Shown: piece after piece, positions 1-10,922 of the stretch
Layout of the letters: each line of letters begins with the position of its first letter
Position numbering within the stretch: the first letter of the stretch is position 1
NCBI GenBank assembly: GCA_050273025.1
Contig: CP158635.1
Span: 22,010,001-22,074,000 of the forward strand
From: Cenococcum geophilum
Lineage: Eukaryota
Reading direction: 5' to 3'
Length of the DNA: 64,000 nt
The notes under the pieces: model-generated
What the model was told of the DNA's origin: nothing
Seen by the model: the letters and a program-made list of their open reading frames with translations, nothing else
Database searches by the model: none
Translations under genes and position numbers: made by a program

Positions 1-2799
1 GAAATACTATAAGTATAGTAAAAAGCTATTAGAGTATATAGTATAAAACTATAAAATAGAATTAGAACTAGGAATAAGTCTAAGATTTTTATAATTTATA
101 AGCTAACTAAAGAAGAGTTAAAAGTACTTAAAGAGTTTATCTAGGAGAATCAATAAAAGGAATATATTAGACTATTATAGTTATTAGCGGGTCATCCAGT
201 ACTATTTATACCAAAGAAGAACGGGAAAACTTAGGTTATACATTAACTATAAGTAGTTAAACAGTATTACTTAGAAGGATAGATATCCTTTACCCTTAAT
301 TAGTAAAATCTAAAATAAGATAAGTAATACGCAAATCTTTATAAAGATAGATCTAAAATAGGCGTACTATTAGATTAGGATTAAGAAAGGTAATAAATAA
401 AAGGCGGCCTTTAGGTTAAAGAAAGGACTATATAAGCTATTAGTTATATAATTTAAACTTATAAACGCACTAGTAATATTCTAAAAGCAAAGTAATAATA
501 TATTAAAAGAATGCTTAAATAAATTTGTTATAGTATACTTTAATAACATTATTATCTACTTAATAAGTAAGGAAGAATATAGAGAATATATTAGATAGGT
601 TTTAAAGAGACTATAAAAGGAGCAAATACTAGTAGTAATTAAGAAATGCGAGTTCTTTACAAAAAAGAATTTTTTTATTAGATTTATTATTAAACTAGAT
701 TATATTAATATAGACCTAAAGATAATTAAAGCTATAGTAAGTTAGCAAGAACTAGAGAATATATTATAGTTTAAATTGTTTCTAGCGTTTTATAACTACT
801 ATAAAAGGTTTATTATATAATAGTTAAAGAATATTAAGCTATTTATAAGGCTTATAAAGAAAGAGAAACTATAGGTATAAGGAAATAAGCAAAAGAAGCT
901 ATTTTAAAAACTTAAGGAATTATTTACCTAGGAACTAATCCTTAAAATATACTAACTAAAGTTAGAGATAGTTATAGAAACGGATATATTAGACTTTATA
1001 CTTAAAGTATATTTACTATAAAAGCACTAAAACATATAGTATCTAGTAATATACTATAGTTAAAAGATAATACTACTAGAGTTAAACTATAACATTTATA
1101 ATAAGGAGTTATTAGGTATAGATATAACACTTAAAAAAAAGAGTATTCTTATAAGGCATAGATAAACTATTTATAGATAAGATAAATTATAAAAATCTAA
1201 CGGGGTTCCTAACTATAAAAGAATTTAACTATAAATAAGTTAAATAGGTAGAGATGCTTACAGAATACGATTTTAAAATTCGGTATACTAAGGGCATAGA
1301 AAATACAAGAGCAGATATACTAAGTAGAAAGGCTAAATTATAGGACAATAAAAAGCTATTAGGGGCTATATTACGAAAAATAAAGACAGATTAATTAAGT
1401 ATAACTATCTAAAGATATAATAACTTAGGAAGAATGGACCTATAAGGTACTAAAGAGTATATAGTCTTAAAAGATCTAAGAAGTATAGGATAAGGATTTA
1501 GACTTAGAGTAATATACGTACTAAAAAGTATTATAGAAAAATTTATTAAAGATTTCTATAAGGGAATAATATAAGGATATAACGGAGCTACGGGCTTAGT
1601 ATTAAGACTCTAAAAGAAGTATATTATTTAAGGAATTTAAGGCTTAACAAGATAGGTTATAAAGGAATATATAAATTATTAGAGAGATAAACTAATAAGA
1701 TATAAGCTATATAGAGGGCTACAACCTATTAAAATACTAAAACGCCTATAGGAGATAATATTATAAGACTTTATTATAAAGTTGCTAAAGTTAAAAAACC
1801 CTATTACTAAATAGGCCTACTTTATAGCATATATAGAAGAAATCTTAGCAAAAGATATTGCTAAAATCTATATTAAGGAAGTGTTTATAAGATATAGAGT
1901 ATTAATAAAGACTATATTAAATAGAGATCTAAAATTTATAGTAGTATTTTAAGAAGTATTTTTTAGCGAAATAAGGGGTTTGCGTAATAATATTAACGGC
2001 ATATTATTTATAGACGGAAAGTTAGACGGAAAGATTAAACTAGACACTAGAATAGTATCTAAGGTACTATATTAATTATATATAGAATAATTAGTTATTG
2101 CTATTACTAATTATATAGTTTATATATAACGCAACACTATAAAAAGGAATAGGTATATTATTATTTAGGGCGAATTACGGATATAAACCCAAAAAAAAAA
2201 TTACTATAATAAGCAAAAAAGATAAGTAGTATAGCTAAGTAAAAATAGAGATATTAATAAGTCTCTATATAGACTTCTATAGTATAGCAAAATTAGTATA
2301 AAAAAGAATAAAAAGGTACTATAATGCTAAGAGATCCAAGGGACTAGATCGAAAGGAGGGGGATAAAGTGTAGCTACTATGTAAAAATTTTAAGAGTTAA
2401 TAACTAAGTAAGAAATTAAACTATATTAGACTAGGACTATTTGGAACTATAGTAAAGATCTTAGAAGTTATATATAAGTTAAACTTACTAAAGAAAATTA
2501 ATATCTACCCTATATAGTATATCGCGATACTAGAGCCAGTATATAGAAATATTAAGCCACTAGTTTATAAAGCAGATATATATAGAGAATAGGAAGAAGA
2601 CGAATAGGATATTTTAAAAATGGTTAGTTATAAGGATATTAACAATAAAATATAGTATAAAGTTAGATAGATAGGCTATAATAAGACTACTTAGAAACTA
2701 CTATAGAATGTAAAGAATACTATAGGAAAGGTAATAGAGTATTAAAAGAAAATAGGTTAGGGAGCATTAATAAAAAAGGATTGCTAAAGAATAAGCTAC

Positions 2800-3475
2800 C
2801 TAAAGGGGACCTAGGAGGACTAGCTACTAAGATATTTAGAGTTATTTCTCTCTTCATTAGAATAGAACCCTTTTAACCTCCTCCTACTTAAGTTTAAGGA
2901 GACCCTACTTAGCTAAATAAAACTCCTTTAAATAAAACTTCTTATAAAACTTTTTAAGACGGGACAACCGAGTATAAGCAGTTAGTCGAGCATTAAGTAT
3001 TTAAGACTCTTTGGTATAAAGACGCTAAAACTTAGCTAGAGTATACTCCTATTTACTATATAGATAATCTAGATTACTATAGGCTAAGGAGAGTTAGTCT
3101 TTTAGCTTTTTAGCGGCAGATTAGATCTAAGACCCTATAATAAATTAGATAAGGCATTAGACACCTATAGAGAATAATAAAACGCGTATACTTAGTATTA
3201 GAGACGGATTAAATATTGCAAAATAATCGCATATTCGCTTATATATATTTAGTATATAAAAAAGGTTAGTAACTAGATAAAGCCGCGATTATAATATATA
3301 CTAGCTTCTTCTCTATATATTAAAAATAGAATAGTATAATTTTACGCTAGTAAAGAATTAGCTACCTAGCTTATTAATAAGTCTACCGTAGTATTTTATA
3401 TAAGGCTTTATTATATCCTAGATATAAAAATAAGCGTTTATTTCTAAATTAGGTAGTAGTCCTAGTAGTAGCTAT
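2800..3475 (-). pseudogene. RIP-degraded antisense accessory gene of Gypsy A: Zn2Cys6-like domain plus coiled coil, one 55-bp intron (3189-3135)
   Basis: A single minus-strand frame from ATA (ex-ATG) at 3475 reverts to ..EIMP.CSRC.EKKLVC..IAA.SGRQPSSCAECTQANMRSSCDVRSVSDAE/W. The intron reads (G>A)TACGC..TCTAAT..TAG, and exon 2 is rich in L/E/Q/R heptads. The 3' end is approximate. Confidence 0.65.
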
Positions 3476-3542
3476 ATTTATTCCTTATATACGCTACCCT
3501 TAGGTCTAAAATTAAACTTAGGAGGAATAAGTATATAGGTAA

Positions 3543-3589
<47 letters not shown>
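3543..3589 (+). repeat. (GATA)n microsatellite
   Basis: About 11 perfect ATAG units. Confidence 0.95.
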
Positions 3590-3706
3590 TCTTAGGGTAT
3601 AGTACACATATATAGAAGCAAAACTAGTACTCTTACCTCGCAATAAAATTGCCTACTAAATTAAGTAGTAAACCCTTAGTGTAAGGGGACTTTATATATA
3701 GGGGGC

Positions 3707-3896
3707 TATAAGGACACGATTGTAGAACAGTATAGATTAGTAAGAGAGATAAATCCTTAAGAAGGTAAGGCCTCTAGGATTGTAAAGACTATATACTATA
3801 GGTATATACCTTTAGTACGTAACTAACGGACGTTTAAGGGGTGTCTGGGGGTTGTCTTAAGGGCAACCTAAGGTAACCGCAATAATATCCCTTATA
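3707..3896 (-). repeat. 3' LTR of Gypsy family B copy 1 (190 bp)
   Basis: Ends TATAAGG...CCTTATA (RIPed TGTAAGG...CCTTACA). A minus-strand polypurine tract AAGAAGGGGGAGCAA lies directly adjacent at ~3897-3911. Confidence 0.65.
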
Positions 3897-4220
3897 TTGC
3901 TCCCCCTTCTTATAGTTGGCCCCTAATCGCTATTACCTTATAGTAAAGGGAGATTATAAGGGCTCGTCCTGAAAGGGGTTTAGAAAGATATTAAAGAGAT
4001 ATTGGTATACTGCTATATATTATCTATCTATCTAACCCCTACTTTAAACTCCTAAAAAACCTTAATAAGGAAAAAACATAACTAGAGAAAAGACGTAAGG
4101 ATTGCTAGAAAACCTATTAGAAGCCTATTAAAAGTATACTAGTAACTACCTAGGCTAATATAGGGATTTTTATATAACTTTACTTCTAAGCCTTTATGCC
4201 GGTCTATAATTAATTATAAG

Positions 4221-7200
4221 CGATATAAGACACTGCTCAAATCAAGACCAAATAAAATGCGCAAACTGCCACCGAAGCACACATAAGGCGTGGGAGAGAG
4301 AAGACTGCATTAAATACAGGAGACGGAAGGCAAGGGCTTAGCAGCTGCGGGAATAACTGTACGCTAGGTTATACGAATAGAAATAATAAGTAATAAGCTA
4401 GGGGGGTACAGGTGCCTTTTTAGCGTTTCCTACCTTTAATACTAGGGGGCTAGGCCAGCTATCCCAAGCCTTAACGGGCTAGAAGCGACGCCGCGCGACA
4501 TTACCGGACCGTATAGGGTCATAAGGGTCACAGGGGACACAAGGGAGAGGACGCCCTGTAGGAAGACCCTTATAGACAGCTACAGCAAGCTTAAGACCAG
4601 GATAATTAAGAATTAGACTTAACGCGGCAAATATAACATTCGTAGCCGACTCTTAAAGGGTATATAGCTAACCAGTAAGAACAGGGGAAGAACTGGAGAT
4701 AATAATAGATTTAGATATAGAAGCGCTAGTAGAAACACAAGAAATAGGAATAGAAAGCTCTATATAAAATAAGTAGTAACTAGGGTGCAGACATAAGAGA
4801 CAGAAGTTCTAAATATCCCAGAGAAAGTAAAAATAGAAGAAGTAAGGAATAAAGGAAAGGCAAAGGACCCTTGCCGGGGGTCCGCCACCTATCTATTATA
4901 TAGTACAACTGCGGCAATACAAACCACCGTCTAGCAAGGCCCTTACTAGACAGTTTAGACCTAGAAAAATACTATATCCTTACTATATAAGAGCCGTATT
5001 ATAATGCCTATATATAATTAATATACTGCCCCCAAGGATTCCAGCTCCTATATAAACTAAAAGTAGCCATACGCGTGTACTTTATAATTAGTAAGGCTAT
5101 CAGCCTATCCTTATAGTTATAGCAGGCAGTTAACCTAGATATTATAGTTATAATAATCTAGACATATAGGGGACCGGTATAGATTATTAATGTGTATAAC
5201 TCTAGGGTTAAAGGGGTCCTATAAATAGAGAATATTATATTAGTAATAAGCTTACTAGAAACCAAAGGTATAAAGTTTATCCTATTAGGAGATATAAACC
5301 TCCACTACCCGCAGTAGGGGGGTATCTATATTACTGCTAAACAATAGGTAGAGTGCCTACTAAAAGCTATAGATATCTAGGACCTTAAGCTAGCTACCCC
5401 CCTAGGAGCAATTATATAGCAATAAGGCACCACTAAAAGTATAATTAACCTTATATTTATAGACGAAGGCCTATACTAAAGACGTAAAAGGTATAACCCT
5501 AAAGAAGAATAAGTACTCGCTTTAGACTGTATCCCTATCTAGATATAGCTAGATCTAGATATTAAAACGCAACTAAATAGCAAAAGATATGCAATAAGAA
5601 AGCTTAAGACAGACAGCTTCCTTAATATAGTTAAATAATAACTTTAAGACCTAGAAGAAATCTACCCAATACTAAATAAGTAAGGCTTATTAGCTACCCC
5701 TAAGGAAATTAACTAAAGACTAGAAAGGATCTAGGCAGTAATTAAAAATAGGCTAGAAGAGTACTACCCGGTCTTAAAACCGGGCCCCTATACGTAATAT
5801 ATATAGTCCGCACAATACATAATTCTTATCGCTAGCTAATAACGAGCAAGAAGAAAATATATAAGTAGCTATAACCCTAAAAATAAGAGACGATATAAGG
5901 ATATAAGAAACCAGTTAAAGAACACCCTAAAAAAAGAGGCAAGAAATAACTGGAGACGGTTTATAAATAAGCACACTTTTAACCTAAGTCTCCCCTATAA
6001 TAAGGGCCTTTAGGCTATAGTAAAATAGGTAAAGAAAAAGGCAGGGCGCCTAGCAGAAGACCTATACCTACCGCCCCTATAAAGAGTAGGGGAATTATAG
6101 GCCACTAATAATAACGATAAAAAGGTAAAGATCCTTATAGAAAGGTTCTTCCCCTAACCGGCTCTAGCAGACCTTAGTAATATTATAGGTAAAATACCAG
6201 TAACTTACCTATAGGTTAACAGCGATATAACAATAGGGGAAATGGCTAGAACTATTAGCCGCCTTTTAAATAATATAGTACTAGGACTAGATAGGATTCT
6301 AAATAAGGCCTTAAAAACCTATAGACCACTTATAGCACCCTAGCTTATAGATATAGCTAGAGTATGCTTTAGTATAGGCTATTACCCGCAACTTAGAAGA
6401 TCTATAACGACTGTTATCCTATAAAAAGAAGGTAAAGTAGATTACTTAATCCTAGGAAGCTACCGCCCTATTACCTTAGAAAACACCCTTAGCAAGATTT
6501 TAGAAAAGGTAATAGCGGACTATATAGTAGACACTGCTAAAAAACACGCCCTACTACTATAAAGCTAAATAGGGGCAAGAAAGAACCGCTTAACACTATT
6601 AGCACTTACGCTACTCGCTACCACCATTAAATCTGCATAGGCGATATAAAGGGACTTTATAGTATTAATACTCAGCCTAGATATTAGTGGCGCCTATAAC
6701 AACATTCCCTATAAGCGTCTCCTATACATCCTTAGGGCAAAAGGCTTCCTAAAATAGATTATATAATTTATTTAAGGGTTTATAGGTTAGAAAGAAATAT
6801 TACTAGTCTTTAACAGATACCAGAGCCCCTCTATTACAGTTACAACAGGAATACCATAAGGATTACCCCTATCGCCTATACTCTTCCTTTTCTTTATAAG
6901 TAACCTGCTTAACTTCTTTAAGAAAGGGGCAACCTAGGGGATAGGCTTTATTAATAATATAAACCTAATTATATACGGGCTAATAGCTATAGAGAATTGC
7001 AGAACACTAGAGAAAGCTTATAACACCTATATAGAATAGGTAAGATAATATAGAGTCTAATTCTTACTAAAGAAATACTAGCTAATCCACTTTATAAGAA
7101 AACGCAACTAATCTACAGATCTCTAGCACATAATTTACATTTAAGGCTTTAGGGGTTAACTAGTCTAGGGCTTAAGGGTACTAGGAGTATAGGTAGATAG

Positions 7201-8590
7201 TAAGCTTTAGTAGAGCGTATATACGGTATAAGCGGCCTATAAGGGCTAAGCTTAGTATATTATATTATCTAGGATCGTTAATTCTATATGGGGTCTATAC
7301 TTCTAGAGGTTACGCCTACTATATATAGCAGTTGTCCGGCCAACCATAACGTATAGGTCCGGTATTTAGGCCATTAAAGAATCTAAGAAAAGCCCCCCTA
7401 AATCGCTCCTTAAACTACTCTAAAAAGTCTAAACAGCCTACCTCTAGAGTATAATAGGCAGATATAAGCAAACGGCCATAGTACTACTTAAGAAGGAAGC
7501 TAATATTCCCCCCCTATAACTATATATTAAAGCTGCTATAATATAAAGGGCGTAAAATAAATATAACTCTAATATTATAAAGTATATTAAGATACGCCTA
7601 AATAAACTATAAAGGGATCCTAGGGCGCCCTATAGGAGAACAAACTAATAACCCTAAAGTAGGGAAGATATATTAGAGAAACAGGTAAAGAAAGTAGAAG
7701 AAGAATAGTACTACTTTAGGGCCTAGGCCCATATAGAGGAGGAAAAAAGACGCGTAAGAGGCTAGTAAAGATAATAGTAAGAGAGAGAAAGGAGCTAAAG
7801 TAGAGTATAAAAGAACGCTAGGAAACCATCTACTATAATATAATACTAGCTAGACCAACGCTAGAGAGGTATATAGAAGTTAAAGGTATAAAGGCTAACT
7901 AAGGCAAGAGGAACCTAAGCCGTAGCATAGTCTACGCTATAGGGGGTAAACACTCTAGGGCTCTAAGAAGGCCTAATAAAGGTAGAAAATATAATAGTAA
8001 CACTCTTAAGAATAGGAATAATAGGACTAAAAGACTAGCTCTACTAGGTAGGTATCCTAGTAGGTAGCCTAAGATATAAATATAGCTAGCTAAAACAGAC
8101 ACTAAAACACGTAATACTGTTATACCTCTTATACACTAACTAAAAAGTAATACTCTTAGTAGCTGGCATAAAGAACTATAATATACTACTCTTAATATAA
8201 AAAGGCCTTAAGGCGGTTACCTAGTGGCTTATTAGCTAAAATATACTAAACCAGTTCCGGGTTATAAAGGAAATAGTAATAGAAGGTGGGGGGGCAAGTA
8301 ACGGGCGCCCCCTAATAACTCTACAGTAGTAGAGTAAAGTTTACAATACTAGCGCGTCCGTAGGCTTGTTACGGCAATAGTGGTTCCTAAAAAGGTTAAA
8401 AAGTAAAGTAGTAAGAGCACTACAGGTGACTCATAGGCGCCTCGTAGGCGCCCTATAGGCGAGTCCTAAAAGGTAGGGAGATAGATTATAGGGTTTTCTT
8501 AAATAGAGTTTTCTCCCCATATGTATATAAGGAGTAGTCCGCGTAGGCCTAATAGGGATCTAAATCGGACGTTAAGCAATGAATTATTAT
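4221..8590 (+). mobile_element. Tad1-like LINE (LINE1), 5'-truncated within ORF1, RIP-degraded
   Basis: 14-bp TSD TAATTAATTATAAG at 4207-4220 and 8591-8604. ORF1 knuckle CANCHRSTHKAW...C (~4258-4308). APE endonuclease QYN/QEP (~4900-5000). RT motifs YRPITLENTL.KILEK (~6461), GIPQGSPLSPILF (~6848) and F.DD (~6947). C-terminal Cys/His motif at ~8075-8125. Short ATT tail. Confidence 0.92.
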
Positions 8591-8886
8591 TAATTAATTA
8601 TAAGTATTATAGGCAATTTAGTGTTCTAGTATAGTTCCGTAGAACCTTTTAGTATAGGATTTAATATATAGAGCCTTGGCTTAACGTTATCTTTAACTAT
8701 TAAAATATAGTCTATAATCCTTTCTTATAATCCTTTTTTTATAATCCCTTGCGTTACTAATATATTACCTCTATATTTGCCCTTAGGCTATTAAATACGG
8801 TTAAGGTATTAATTAGTTAGTTAAAAAGACTTACCTCTTAAGATTTAGTGTATATACTTTTAAATCTAGTAGTTCTATACCGTATA

Positions 8887-9152
8887 CATCAGGATTTTTT
8901 TTTTAGGCGCGTTATTGCAAACGAAAATCGGGGTCTGCAAAACCTGCGTAAGTCGCAATTTTAGCAATTTGCGGCGATTTGCAGCAATTTGCTACAAACA
9001 CATAGGCTACCTATACACGCGCCTACCCTATTTATGTGTTTGTAGCAAATTGCTGCAAATTGCCGCAAATGCTAAAATTGCGACTTACGCCTATAGGTTT
9101 TGCAGACCCCAATTTTCACTTGCAACAACGTGCCTAAAAAAAAATCCTAATA
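8887..9152. mobile_element. MITE-like long inverted repeat (arms of ~115-120 bp, ~30-bp loop)
   Basis: 8887-9004 is the near-perfect reverse complement of ~9033-9152 and is followed by TA. Arms contain 10-bp GCAGCAATTT-type repeats. Confidence 0.85.
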
Positions 9153-10100
9153 TAGAGGCTCTGCATAAGGCTCTACACAAAGCTCTGCACAAAGCTCTGC
9201 ACAAAGCTCTACACAAAGCTCTGCACGAAGCTCTATACAAAGCTCTATACAAAGCTCTGCGCGAAGCTCTACACAAAGCTTTGCACAAGGCCCTACACAA
9301 GGCTCTACATAAAGCTTTGCACGAATTCGTGCACAAAGCTCTACACGAAGCTCTACACGAAGCTTTGCACAAGGCTCCACACAAAGCTCTACACAAAGCT
9401 CTGCGTACAGAGGCTCTGCACAAGGCTCTGCACGAGGCTCTATACGAAGCTCTACACGAAGCTCTACACAAAGCTCTACACAAAGCTCTGCATAAAGCTC
9501 TGCACGAAGCTCTACACGAAGCTCTACACAAAGCTTTGCACGATGCTCTATACAAAGCTCTACGTACAGAGGCCCTATACAAAGCTCTACACGAAGCTCT
9601 ACACAAAGCTTTACACAAAGCTTTATACAAGGCTCTACACAAGGCTCTACACAAAGCTCTACATACAGAGGCTCTGCACAAGGCTCTACACGAAGCTCTA
9701 TACAAAGCTCTATACAAAGCTCTACATAAAGCTCTACACGAAGCTCTGCACAAAGCTCTACACGAAGCTCTGCACAAAGCTCTACACGAAGCTCTACACA
9801 AAGCTTTACACGAGGCTCTACACGAGGCTCTATATAAAGCTCTGCATATAAAGGCTCTGCATAAGGCTCTGCACGAAGCTTTACACGAAGCTCTACATAA
9901 GGCTCTGCACAAAGCTCTACACAAAGCTCTGTATAAAGCTCTATATAAAGCTCTATATAAAGCTCTGCATAAAGCTCTACAAAGCTCTACACGAAGCTCT
10001 ATATATAGAGGCTCTGCACAAGGCTCTACGCGAAGCTCTACACGAGGCTCTACGCGAAGCTCTACGTACAGAGGCTCTACACAAAGCTCTACACAAAGCC
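9153..10100 (+). repeat. 12-bp minisatellite (CAC[A/G]AAGCTCT[A/G]) with interspersed 15-bp units
   Basis: Directly visible tandem array. It generates the HKAL/HEAL/YKAL ORF and the overlapping CRAL and YTKL ORFs. Confidence 0.97.
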
Positions 10101-10265
10101 TTTATGTGTATACGCGCGATATATTACTATCGGGTCCCCGCTATATTCCCAATAGCCTCTACACGTGCCTCTGCCAAGTATACCCCCTATATACACCTAG
10201 GTAGCCACCTCATTTTTTACCCTTCCTTACATCCTACCTAGGAAGACACCAGAACGACAGCCAGC

Positions 10266-10470
10266 AGACAACCGTCGCCGGAGCTAGATAACCATCGCCG
10301 GAGCCAGATGACCGTCACCAGAGCTAGACAACCGTCAGAGCTAGACGACCGTCGTTAGAGCTAGACAACCGTCGCCGGAGCCAGATAACCGTCGCCAGAG
10401 CTAGACGACCGTCAGAGCCAGACGACCGTCGTCATCGCCACACAACCGTCGCCAGAGCCACACGACAACC
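10266..10470 (+). repeat. ~20-bp minisatellite (AGACAACCGTCGCCGGAGCT)
   Basis: About 9-10 degenerate tandem units. Confidence 0.9.
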
Positions 10471-10529
10471 GTTTAAACGACCAGCCAGCGAACACGATAA
10501 ACGATTCGATCAATCGATCGAATCAAGGT

Positions 10530-10710
10530 AACATAGATAGGTAGGCATAGACAGGTAGGCACAGACAGGTAAGCATAAACGGGTAGGCATAGATAGACAG
10601 ACAGACAGATAGGTAGGTAGGTAGGTAGGTAAACAGGCAGGTAGGTAGGTAGGTAGGCAGGCAGGCAGGCAGGTAGGCAGGTAGGCAGGCAGGCAGGCAG
10701 GCAGTTAGAT
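10530..10710 (+). repeat. (AGGT/AGGC/AGAC)n microsatellite
   Basis: Directly visible. Confidence 0.9.
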
Positions 10711-10829
10711 AGCTTTATATTTTATATAGTTATAATATAAATATATTTAAAAGTATATTATAGCAATCTATGGAAATATGTGATAATTTAGTTATTATAT
10801 AATATAATAAAATTTTATATAGTTATAAT

Positions 10830-10922
10830 TTGTACAGTTTATACAGTTTGTATAGTTCGTACAGTTCGTATAGTTCGTACAGTTCGTATAGTTCGTATAG
10901 TTTATACAGCTTATACAGTTTG
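10830..10922 (+). repeat. 9-bp tandem repeat (GTACAGTTC)
   Basis: About 10 units. Confidence 0.9.

Larger units (their letters stand above)
1..3706 (+). mobile_element. Ty3/Gypsy chromovirus family A, copy 1 (RIP-degraded; RT-RNaseH-integrase-chromodomain plus 3' region; 5' part outside window)
   Basis: De-RIPed motifs: PKKNGKLRLCIDYRQLN..RKDRYPLP (~210-300), YLDD region (~535), RNase H ETDAS (~975), integrase PWE.I.MDF (~1745), chromodomain Y.VRW.GY...TWEP (~2655-2700). Colinear with the copy at 36920-45960. Confidence 0.9.

Noticed and set aside
3701..3896. LTR at 3707-3896 as the 3' LTR of family A copy 1 (GGGGGC as PPT)
   Set aside because: A longer PPT lies on the minus-strand side and the internal layout fits minus orientation. 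The alternative is not fully excluded.
8915..10204. 429-aa ORF (and overlapping 277, 102 and 77-aa ORFs) as a real protein-coding gene
   Set aside because: It starts at TTG inside a MITE hairpin, follows a 12-bp minisatellite that is open in several frames, and its variation is RIP-like. It is kept only as a low-probability finding.
10266..10470. 20-bp repeats (also 49055-49272) as a CRISPR array
   Set aside because: The units are head-to-tail with no unique spacers, no cas genes are present, and the context is eukaryotic.
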